Part shown: one piece after another, positions 22,881 through 35,010 of the stretch
Layout of the letters: every line of letters begins with the position of its first letter
Numbering within the stretch: the first letter of the stretch is position 1
Assembly (NCBI RefSeq): GCF_001194135.2
Contig: NC_068984.1
Span: 63,827,036-63,891,035 of the forward strand
Length of the DNA: 64,000 nucleotides
Source: Octopus bimaculoides
Taxonomy: Eukaryota
Direction of reading: 5' to 3'
Notes under the pieces: model-generated
What the model saw: the letters and a program-made list of their open reading frames with translations, nothing else
Databases searched by the model: none
What the model was told of the DNA's origin: nothing
Made by a program: the position numbers and the translations under genes

Positions 22881-24810
22881 ATTTGATACCAGGCAAAATG
22901 GAGAGTACCATATGTTTGATAATTGAAAAGCGTTCTTCAGAAGATTGATATCCCTCATCCTACTACCTACAAAGAGAAGTTCATAACGATTGCAGTTTAC
23001 GTGAATCACAAATAAGAACCTAGTTGCAATAGCTAGGCAAAATTCTATATTGTGCATGGGTCTTGACGTCATTGAATAACTATTAAATATTTTATGCAGA
23101 ATAGACTGTATTCATAAATCTAAGGTAATTTAAAGAAATTAGATCACACATTGTAAGTTTATAACGCAGTGTAATATACACATAAGGCTTCTTAGCCCCT
23201 TCCAAATCAGAAAAACCATATCTTAAGGCCTGAATATCTAAATTGTAAGTTTACTGTTCTGATTGTGCAAGCGAATGGCAGATAATAGCAGCGTGGCATA
23301 GAAAATGGAAATGCAACCGAAAAATCTTCTAATTATGATAGCTGCTTACAGATATTATTGACTGCCTTAAAATGATAGAGAATGCTCCATATTTCCAGGT
23401 TTCATTACAACTTCTGCATTTTTTCACATGAGAAATCATTTGTTATCGCTTCTGCACTGTATTCAATAGTACATAAAAAGATACAGCAATTTTGCCTTCA
23501 TTTATCAATCAATCGACAAAAATTTCACTGCCCTCCTCATGTGTTTGTTGTCCATATTTATTTATTTTTTGCATGCGATGCCTAATAAGTGGAGAAAAGT
23601 CGGATGGTTTTGAATGGGAGTAAGATGGAAATATCCCCAGACGTACTGTTTTGTCCGCCATGATCAACCAAATAATTTCGATAATGAGATTCACAAAATA
23701 CAATTAATCAGAGATACAACTCGAGCAAAATATCTGTGCGAATGTGTATTTCAGAGATATGTGCGTGTGTGTGTGTGTGTGTGAAGTCATCTGACATCAT
23801 ACTATCTTCATATTTGAATATGTGTGCGTGTGATAGTGTGAACGCTTGTGTGTTGTATATATATATATATATAAATGTGTGTGTGCGCACGCGTGAGTGT
23901 GCGCGTGTAAATGTGTGTGCATATGTTCGATAATGCATGATTGTACACGTTGGTATTACACAAATCTTCAATTAGATTCTATTAATTCTTATTCTTTTAA
24001 TATGTATAATTTATTAACTGACTAATCTATTTGGATGAATTTAACTTAATAGTGAATTCTAAATCTGCTACCGGGCTAGTCTCCAAGTCTGCCAAATGTG
24101 TCATTGTATACTTTATTTCCTTCCACAATTACGAAATGATTGATCTTAAACAATTTTACAAACATTCTAATGGGAGCTATGTGAAAAAGAAATTATCTTA
24201 GCTTGATTTAATTTTCATACGTCACTTTAAATTTACATTTTCCTCCAACTAAGGCAACTATATGTTTGTTCGATATACTTACCTAAACTAGAGATAAATC
24301 GGCTCCTGGTTGCCGCTATTGTACTTGTGTATTAATATCATTTAAAATTATATACACAAAATTATATTCCAGGAAATTATACATTTCCGATATTTCAAAT
24401 GCAAACGTTACGTATGTAGAAAATACCAATTTTAAAATATGTCACTCGATTTAAAACTTCCATAGCAAAAACAGGCATATAGAAATTATTTTAAAGCATA
24501 TACATACACACACTCACACACACACGTGCACAGAACATGTATATTCGCTTGAGTGTTTTTATGTGCGTCCACGCATGCATTTGTTACGTTTGTGATGTGG
24601 GTATGAATACGTATACAAATTTTATTCAGATATATTCATATAATTTTCTATCCCATAATTTTAAATCGCTTTGAAATTGTAATTTACATGTCAACAATAT
24701 TGTTCCACTGTGCATTCATATTTCGTTACACTAACTTTTCCTGCGCTTTAGTAATGTATTACACACATACATATATAACCCGCACATATATACCACACAC
24801 AAACACAAAT

Positions 24811-24869
<59 letters not shown>

Positions 24870-26657
24870 TTTCCCAGAATATTGTTACCTGGTATTGTTA
24901 AATAAATCATTCACGTATTTCTCTGGATAAAGTGAGAATCTTCTGAGATTTCATTGTTCTATAAGCTCGCCCTTATTGAAACACCTCTTTCAACCTAGTG
25001 GGTGAGGACACCTAACAATAAATTCGATAATAATCTAATTTACTTCATATCATTATATATCTATTAAACAACGTGCCTTTCTTTCATCTGTCATTTTAAG
25101 TTTATACTTAAATTTATATCTGAGCAATAACGAGAATTTATCTCCCTTAGCAAGCTCTGATTACTCTCTTCATATTTATTTGAAGGCGTCCACTATCTAA
25201 GTTATATTGGTTGTTATATATTTCAGGGTTACGATATAATAAATATATTACAGGTCCTCTTCCATTTCTTTCTCATGTGCAAGACTCACTAAAAAAATTA
25301 TCCGAAAGAATAAATTTTTAAATGGGTACAGGGATATCGCACAACCGGAAATATAAAGACATTGTTCTGTGAAACTCATTTCGAATTCAGCTCGCAAATT
25401 GAATTTTAGTATTGCTAGATAAAGGCTCTCTGCTTTGCTAATCGTGACGGACTGACCTAAAAAGCGAGTGGTTAAAACCTGTCTGAACGTTGGAGTTATA
25501 ACTCCATTGCGACAAGACTCCGTAACCCACTGAATTGCAATTTCGAAAGCATGGTGACAATTCAGATGTCAGAAAAGAGGTAAATATTTCTCACTGTGGG
25601 CAGTCTTTATGATAATTATGATAAATATAAGCAATCAAGACAGGACCTATTTATGTAAATATAAGATTCGGTTGAGACCATCTCATACCTCAACACGAAC
25701 AAGTAGCCGTAGAATAATTGTTGGGTAAATATCACATCGAAAACTGTGGCAATTAGAGGGACTATACTAGATTCCTACTTGGAGCAGTGCTACATGATTG
25801 TGAAAGAAATTTCTAAACTAGATCATATTCACGGTTATTTTAAGTAATCCACATTCTTGATAATAATCCTATGCAAGAGACTACATGGTTGAAGGAGGTA
25901 ACAGTTACTTACATAACAGCAATCACTTTATGCGGATTAATTTTATGGAATTTACTTTGGAATTTACATGCTTGGCTATGGACCTCCATCTTCCAAGCAC
26001 AAACAGGAAATACCCCAAATATCATCAAGTAAAGAAGATTACTGATCTGCTAAATCATACCAGCTACTTATATTCTTTGTGTGATTCCTTAAAAAGTCGA
26101 TTCCGAAAGAGATGACACGCTCAGTAATTAATTTTGTAATTGCTGAATTAAACGTTGAATGTTGACCTTTAAATTGCCAAAGTAAAGTATTGAATTTAAA
26201 AAAACAACTAAAGGTAATTACACACCCGTTAACGAGAAGAACTTCCTCTACCTATATACGTATTTGTTGTGAGTCAATAAAAAAACGATCCTACGAGATG
26301 AAGCTGCTACATGAATACATTCTGATAAACAACATACATTCAAATTTAATCAAATAGAATTTCTCTTCAGCACCTTTCCTTCAAAACCCACCTTACAACT
26401 GTACAACAAGACCTCACAAAGCCCATAAGAAATTTTATCTCAGCAGAGACAATATAAATCCAAGATTAACTTAAGGCAAACAGTCCACAGATGCTTCAGC
26501 TGGCCGAAACTTTGATGTGATTGTTAAAAATATTTTTAATAAAGAATAATAAATTTGTATTATACAAATGTGTGGAGTAACCCGGCAGACTGATATAAAA
26601 TTTTCATTATACCGGAATATATAAAAAAGAAGCATCTATATATAAATATATATATAT

Positions 26658-27480
26658 GTAGGGAGAATTCACGAAAAAACAACAGACGAAGGCAGGTGGT
26701 GTAAACAACAAATGGATGTATTAGTATAACGCTCGGGAATAGAGAAAGTCTTTAACGTTTCGAGCCTACGCTCTTCAACAGAAAGGAGCACAGAAAGAAG
26801 CAAGGGGAGAAAAAATATGTGCGTATTGGTTAGCGATCTTCATGGCGAATGCTGGACAGAAGGGTCACATAGGAGAGTTAAGAAAGGAGATAACAAAGTT
26901 GTAGGGATCCCAAAATGAAGGTGTGTGAGAGAATGCTGGTGATCTTAACGTATACATGTGTGTATGTAGGTGTGAAGGTGTGAAATTGTGGGGATGGGAA
27001 TTAGTCAGTGCTGTTGTGTGCGTGGTGGTGTGTTGTGATGTGATGTGTTGTGTGGTATGGTGTAGCGTGGTGTGATGTGATGGTGTTGGGAGGTGGGGAG
27101 CGACAGTTGGAAAGGCATGGGTGGGGGTGGGTTAGACTGCCGGTGGGGTAGAGGTAGGGGTATGTGGGTAGGCAGTGGCTGGGGTAGGTGGGGTATGTGG
27201 GTAGGTAGATGTGGAGTATGTGGGAGAGGGTGTAGGGGGTACGTGTAAGGAATGGGTGGGATGGAGTGTAAGCAATGGGATGGGGTGGGATAGGGTGTGT
27301 GTTAAGGTGGGGTAGAGGCGTGGAGGGGTGCGATGGGTGTGCTTTTGTGGTAGGGTTGACGATGGAGGGGGGACGGGAAGGTGGGTATGGGAGGAGGGAG
27401 AAAGAGAGGAGAGGGAAAGAGAGTATGAGAGAGAAAGAGAGTTAGAGGGAAGAGAGAAAGAGAGTTAGAGAGAAGAGAGA
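26658..27480 (-). mobile_element. Penelope-like 3' region / pLTR
   Basis: The minus strand is C-rich low-complexity sequence leading into ctgttgaagagcgtaggctcgaaacgt and a terminal ..gaattctccctac before (TA)n, a typical PLE pLTR layout. Confidence 0.6.
26750..26785 (-). ncRNA. Minimal type I hammerhead with variant core
   Basis: CTTT CTGTTGA A GAGC GTAG GCTC GAA ACGT T AAAG. Stem I CTTT/AAAG, stem II GAGC/GCTC, palindromic stem III ACGT; core has A6 changed to U. Confidence 0.65.
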
Positions 27481-27617
27481 AAGAGAGTAGGGGTGAAGAG
27501 AAGTAGGAGTATCATATAGGTGCATGTATAGTATATTATATGCGTCCAAAGACACATGCATATGAATTGGTATATATACATACACACAGACATATACACC
27601 TACATGGATTGATAGAC

Positions 27618-27681
<64 letters not shown>

Positions 27682-28427
27682 TTTCTAAATTGGATCCCAA
27701 AATTCATCTTATCACACTGTTCAAATTTTCATCTCTGACAACGAATATTACATTTCAGACAATACTGTTTTATATTGATTCGTAACGAAATACCGAAACC
27801 TACATACATTACATTGTCATGTTATTATTGTTACCCAAATGCTATAAATGCTTGCATAATATGCATATGCTCCTATTAGTATCAACAAGAATCTTAGGTT
27901 GGACAGTGATTTATACTCAAATTACTTCAGAAGAAAAATCTTTACGAACTTTGAAAGTGATATGACTCTTGTAGACAATTTATATTTTGTATTATGAACA
28001 AACCTGCAGTGTTTAACTGAAGACCTTATGTCATTCGAATAGCCCTTATACGTAGAGATATATAGTTATTTCATGAAGGAACACTATACAATAATATAAG
28101 ACCACGAGTAAAGGAGTAGCATTCCTTTATTTGATCATACAAGAAGTATTTACATTAGGGTGTGCCAGGTTGGTGCTGACATCTTTCGGCGTGTGATGGC
28201 GGAAATGAATGACACAAAGTTAAGAACTTTGGATTTAGTGGAATGGGAATGAAACATCCGCTACAAATTCCTGCCTTGATTCTAAATGTCAGACCTACTT
28301 GGACTTTATTATTTCGATTTTGTTACTCAGAGTGTTGCTCCGTTCTAAATTTTGGGCGACTCTAGTTTGCGATGTAGCATAATCGATACCTCAAGTTTTA
28401 GCATCACATTCCTGCTGCTTCTAATAG

Positions 28428-28622
28428 ATAATTTACAATTTTTCTTCCAGGTAAGTGTATCTATTGATTTACAGCTCTTCACCCGCGGTAGCATGTCCTC
28501 TAAAATTAAATTGATTCCTTTCAGAGCGAGATTTATCATGCTAAGATTGCTAAATTCAGAAATATGTTTGGCATGAGAATGTTAGAAAAAACTTCAGCAA
28601 GCAGTTCTTTGTTGTTTAAAAG
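28428..28622 (+). other. Candidate 23-nt exon, 74-nt intron and 98-nt exon (or AG|GT recursive site at 28450)
   Basis: ttttcttccag|GTAAGT at 28450/51; ttcctttcag|28525 to AAG|GTATGA at 28622/23 with open frame SEIYHAKIAKFRNMFGMRMLEKTSASSSLLFK. No homology recognised. Confidence 0.25.
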
Positions 28623-29892
28623 GTATGACAGAATGATAGTTGAATTGGTCGATTGAATACTTACTCCACCTTGAGTAGATGGAAGGTGAATTATCCATGA
28701 GATTATCGCAAGTCCAAAACATTGACATATTGGAGCTATTAACGTGGGACATTCACATGCTCATCTCAATTCTGTACAGAAATACATGCAAGAATTACAT
28801 TCAATGGAATTACATTCAATGAATGATGGCAACTCCTCTCATTAACCCTTGGTCTACCAGAGAAAATGTATGTCACTAATTACCAACTGGGAAATTCCCC
28901 ATTTGACAAATAAAGGAGAGTCAAGAAAAAATAAGTCACGAGAAATCAGCAGAATCAAATAATACAGACAGTAGGAAAAAGCAACTGAAAAAAAACTGAA
29001 ATGGGTCCATTGGACTCATTGGTAGACAGAAGGTTAAATATATATTATCTTTCAGCTCCTGCTTTATCAAATGTAAGGGCATACACTATATCATATGTGT
29101 AGCCAGTAAAATTTATGAGTTACTTCCTATGTCTTTATCTGCTCTGGTATTTTCGGTGTGCTATTCCGTGTTTGAGTTTGATAGTAGAGACCGCGAAGTA
29201 ATTGATTGTAGATATCGATGACGTTTTTATTTGTATGCTAACTTAGTACAGATGGTTTTCTGAAATTTGATTTTGAAATCATACCAGACATATTTCGATT
29301 TATCAATTGCACATGCAGTATACGTAATAGAAAATAATCCTTTCAGGTGAACTGCCCTGTGAGTTATTTCTGCTTCTTCCGAAGTATATTTCAAATGCTT
29401 AAGGGCAAATTGGTATCCATAGGGACCATATTGCTCTGCGGTAAATTGAGCACAATCTCTATTTAAGCAAATAATACTTTGATCTATGGATTGTTGGAAG
29501 AATTATCTGCGAGAAAAAAACACTATGTTGTAGTAGGTGATTTAAACAAATACACTAAAATTGTTTGCACTGCTACCTTTTTATCTATGTACTCAATGAT
29601 TTTACTTTCTTTAAGTCTAAATGTCGATATGACCAGCCATAGCTGGTTGGGACGCCAACACAAGAAGTATATCGAGCTACTTATATCACCTTGGCAGAGT
29701 TTGGAAAGAAAGGTAGTGCCTACTATGGGATTATACCTGATCAAACGTTTCACCGTGATTTTCAAGGATGTGCAATCTTTATTCATTCTTCTGGGCTGTC
29801 CACTGTTTGAGCCCGTTGATTGCTGCTGCACCAAATATTCTCCCCATTTTCTCGTTATTGGAGGCTTAAAGCATATCTGATATATATCTATT

Positions 29893-30109
29893 TCAAGACG
29901 GCGAGCTGGCAGAAACGTTAGCAAGCCGGGCGAAATGCCTAGGGGTATCTCATCTGTCTTTACATTCTGAGTTCAAATTCTACCGAGGTCGACTTTGCCT
30001 TTCATCCTTTCGGGGTCGATAAATTAAGTACCAGTTAATAACTGGGATCGATCTAATCTACTGGGCCCCTCCCCCAAAATTTCAGGCCTTGTGCCTAGAT
30101 TAGAAAAAA
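29893..30109 (+). mobile_element. tRNA-derived SINE (family A), full length with 14-bp TSD
   Basis: ggcgagctggcagaaacgttag...gagttcaaattc (B-box-like)...; TSD GATATATATCTATT at 29879-29892 and 30110-30123. Confidence 0.95.
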
Positions 30110-32521
30110 GATATATATCTATTGCGTCCAACTGGTCACAATTGAGCGCTTTTCCAGAAGCAAATTTAACCAGGTTTTCGAGACTGGTGGGGGAGAAATA
30201 AAAGACGCAACAGCTGATGGACTGTGATTCAAAATAGCGTCTTTTCGCAGGTTGATGACATAGGCCGAACTAAGTAGACTCCATTACATTTTTCAAAATA
30301 CCAGGCGAGCGCAAACATGGTAAATTTTCTTTTAACTTATCGAAAACCTCACAGACAGAGTTAACTGATAAAATTGCCATTTACGTGAGGGTACTGCTCA
30401 TCTCACGGGCTTCCCATTAACTTTCTCCATCCAATTTCATTGGCAGATGCTGCTTCAATCTTAAGAGTAAAAGACACTTGTTCAACTTTTCACGCAGCGG
30501 AATTGAACATAGAATCTCATGATTCTGAAGTGAATTTCTTAAACTTAAGGCCATGCCTCAATTATATATTATACTAACCTAGAAAACTCAATGCTATTAA
30601 ATCAAGAGCTCGCTTTCTAAAATATCGGTTTGATAAGTCTTTATAAACTTCCCCAAGGAAACTTGACAAAATTATACAAATTATTGTCAATTGGTTTTTC
30701 TTTCGGCCGAATTCGCATTGTACATTTCTCTTGTAATCGCTGCATTCGTAATTGTTATTTCCTACATAGAGCTCGCAGAAATTACTGCAGAGAAAGTACT
30801 TCTGCCAAAAATATATCATACAAGTTCAGAATTGTATAACCATTTGAAAGCAAAATGTCTTAAAAGTAATGATTTAATCCTAGTTGCTATATATCGTTTT
30901 GCAAACCTATTTCTATTTTATGTCTCTTAAAGAAACTTTTGCGCATCCCAAATCAAATAATACTAAATGGATACTAAATATTTCGTTTAGTAACATACTG
31001 TTCAATTTGCCGAAGAACTCGTTGACATAGCATTTTCGAGTTAAACCCAAAGAAAACAATAAGCTAATCGCCAAGAAATTGGTACAGCTTTCTTTGCAGT
31101 CAATATTTTATCCCTACTGTTTGTGTCAAATCATATAATTTATTACGAACGGTTAGTATGGATTGCAAATCTTTGATGTTTCTTTGTTCGTATTATATTA
31201 CCATCTACAATATGTAGCCTGTCTAACTTACCATCTTAGATAAGTTATATTTCTACTTCATTTTGTTGCTTATATAGATCATTTTGTGATGTATGATATT
31301 ACCTACAAAATATGTGCTTGGTTAATCTGCGCTGGACTAATCTGATTATATCTGCTGTGCTTATATGACATGTTTGGTCCATAATTTGCTAAATAAGACC
31401 GTAAATCTACACATAATATAAATTATTTGCGAATAATTTAATTTCGAAATAAGGAATTTCATTAGAGAGAGACAAATCAATGTGATGTTTGCTACGACCT
31501 TGTTATATCACGTGGCTTAGTTATAGTACAGTGTTACGAATAATTTATGTGCAATGTAAACAAAACATTATGTAACTGTCTGTCATTTCTCGTATCAGTG
31601 ACAACACACCAATCCGTATAACTCAATCCACCATCGCGGAAGATAATACAATTAGAATCAGCGAAGGAATGTGATTAATACTCGTCAGCATAAGCTGACA
31701 TAGTGACCCGTCAAGCTAAACGTCTTTCAGATTGTTTCTTCCTGACTCAATTTCTATTCTGCTATAAAATCCATTAATATAGATTGCACTCTTCATTGGG
31801 AAAAACCTTATTTGGATAAACGATCATCATTTGCATAAAAATTATTAATGTTAACGAATTAAAACATCATTATGTAATTTATTATGAAGCACGGTAATAA
31901 CTCGAGTAATGGGACTACACAACCAAGGCTAATTTGAGCTAAAGAAAACAACTATCTAATAGGTAGTTCTTGGTAGGATGGAGAAAGAGTTGGGTGGTTG
32001 TTTTTACCTAGTCCAACAATTATGTAAACTTTCTTTTATTCAATGGTTTTTGATGGTTCTATGGATAGTTACTATTGTTGTAACACACACAATGCACTTT
32101 CATTCAAATACGTTTTAACTGTCATCATATCATTTTTTATTTAAGCAGTATACATCCCGATCTGCATTACTTTTATTTAATGCTAGAGTGAGATAAAAGT
32201 GTTATTTGCAATTTCTGTCAGATTGAGCAATGACAGTCAGCTCAAAGGCAGTTCAAATGGCAAGGCAGAGATCAACCAGCCAGCCAGCCAGAGGTTCATA
32301 TCCAGTCACCAGTGTTGGGCTGTTTCTATGGAGAGTTCCCTCTATATCTTTTTAATAACTTCGCTCATTCAGTTGATAAAAGATAAGAAGTTACAAAGAA
32401 ACCAACTCCATAAGCGTTGGCCGCAGAGAAAATATGATGTTCATTAACCTGAAGCCTGAATCAAATTCTTCCTATGGTTTGGCAATAGGGCGATGGAGCT
32501 TTTGATGTCTCAAAGACTTCA

Positions 32522-32998
<477 letters not shown>

Positions 32999-33039
32999 AT
33001 GCAAAGCAGAAATAATCTACACTGATACACTCACAATAT

Positions 33040-33900
33040 TACAGAAATGGTCAAAGATACATAAAACATACAAAACATACTAAAGAAGAAATGAAAAAAA
33101 AAATAGTCCATGGCCAGTACCCTGCAAGGCTTAGCAGAGAAGAAGTGAGACTATGTCAAATCCAACAATGGCTCAAAGCTCTGGATTAAAAGCTTAAACG
33201 AACGGACTGGTCTTTGCTGCACAAGACTAATGTCTGACTACGAACAAACGTAAAAGGAAAGCAATGACAACGCCCTAACGCAAAATGAAGACTGTGCAGA
33301 ATGACACAGTTGACCACATCTTCTCTGACTGTCCAGTCCTTGCCTAATCTGAATATATACCCAGACACGCTCGAGTAATTAATTTTATCCACTGAACATA
33401 TCAACGCTACAATATGAAAACTGACAATAAATGGTATAAACATAAAAAAGATACAATACAACCTCCACTCCACGATCATCTCGGATATGTCTTTTCAAAC
33501 CGACACAGAAAGAAATGCTAATGGCCCAGACATAATAATCAATGATTGGAAAAAACACCTACTTGCGGATAGGTACTGCAGTACCCTCTGACAAATATAT
33601 TGTCCAAAAAGAAGCGGAGAATTTTTCAAAGTACAAAGACCTCGAAATCGAAGATGAGAGGCATGAAGGTGAAATCAATACCTGTAATTATTGCAGCATT
33701 GGGCATGACAAAAAAAAAAAAAAAACATATGAACATAACCGTAAAAGCTATACCTGGATCTTCAACACTACTCAATATCCCCAAAATAATCCTGTTAGGA
33801 AAGCTCATATCCTACACAAGACACTATCATTCAATAATACCACCCAAACAAAACAATCCAAAGACACAAGACACTCTTATATAGAAAATATCAAATAAAA
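33040..33900 (+). mobile_element. R4/Dong-clade LINE 3' fragment (CCHC finger plus restriction-like endonuclease), degenerate
   Basis: HGQYPARL, GLVFAAQD, DTVDHIFSDCPVLA, YIPRHARV, DMSFQTD..NGPDIII, KEAENFSKYKDLEIE, IPVIIAALG. Confidence 0.85.
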
Positions 33901-33999
33901 TAAAATACAACCAGCAGGTTCGATACCCAACATATTACAAACACAACAGATAATGCAAACACTATTACAATGAAATACTCCATTGTATCCCATAAGAAA

Positions 34000-34365
34000 A
34001 AAAACTGATGGAATACAATATCGGGAAGTGTTTGCATACTCTAAAGAAAAGAAGACAAGGCCGCACACACCCCAGCATAAATGTGGTACGAACATAAACC
34101 CGAAGGCATCATCGAAAATGGTAATGCAAAGATCATATCGGATTTAATGATTCGGTGCGACTATGAGATAGTGAATAAGGAACCAGACATAATGTTAATC
34201 GAGAAAGAAAGCTAACGATGTTGGATCATAGATATATCATGCCTAGATGACAACAAGGTATGCAATAAGAAAGAACGAAAATTCGATAGATGTAACATAT
34301 TAGCTTGGGAAGTTAAGCAAGTGTGGTTGCTGAAAAAGGTGGTAGTAGTATGAATAATTGCCAGA
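34000..34365 (+). mobile_element. Second R4/Dong RLE-domain fragment (different subfamily)
   Basis: WYEHKPEGIIENGNAKIISDLMIRCDYEIVNKEPDIMLIEKES*RCWIIDISCLDDNKV...WEVKQVW; PD-(D/E)xK-type motif, followed by (AAT)n. Confidence 0.85.
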
Positions 34366-34384
34366 GTCGTGGCAAAGACAATAG

Positions 34385-34451
<67 letters not shown>

Positions 34452-34454
<3 letters not shown>

Positions 34455-35010
34455 GCCCTGATGCAGTACCAGGCACTGGCTCTTATGACATTTGATCTAA
34501 ACTGATTGAAAGTGTTAGCATGTATGTTTTGTCTTGGTATAAAAGATGGTCTACCACAAATGTTCTGCTTAATACCACTGATTTGCTTGCCAGTTGTTTG
34601 ACCTTAACAGATGAACATGTCTCTTGTTGGCTGGTGATATGTGCATCTCTGATCACAAGCAGAAGTAATGGCGGAGCACCATAGCTATGTGCTGAGAGGA
34701 ATTCTTTGGGGTTTGAATAATTCACCTCTGGAAACATGGGTGTTCTGTTCAACATCTTTAAACAATCCTTATTCAGGGAAATTTTGAGCGGGATGGGCTA
34801 CTCAACCTGACGAAAATCCTAACCGGGCCCTACCCGCAAGGTCATGCACTGTTTATCTTGATATGAGATCACCATGTCGCGCACTTATGGTTGTGATGTG
34901 ATGCATGTGCCTGGTGTACCGTTATCAGATGCGTAGTCATGATGGGCATACTGGAGTTCGTATATTTTACCCCAGGATCACTTTGATGCCATGCACTGTT
35001 GTCTCACTCA
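34452..35010. repeat. ~560-bp non-coding interspersed repeat, copy 1, embedded in (TAA)n
   Basis: Colinear with 42446-42994 (ttttgt.ttggtataaaagatgg, ccttattcaggga, ttgatatgagatcacc, tgatgcatgtgcctggtgtacc, tagtcatgatggg.atactgg). Confidence 0.9.

Noticed and set aside
24277-24300. Minus-strand TTTAG|GTAAGT recursive-splice-like site
   Set aside because: Weaker pyrimidine tract with a competing AG; expected by chance.
26485-26520. Possible hammerhead (..cagatgcttcagctggccgaaac..)
   Set aside because: No CUGANGA core, no palindromic stem III, and stem I is unconvincing.
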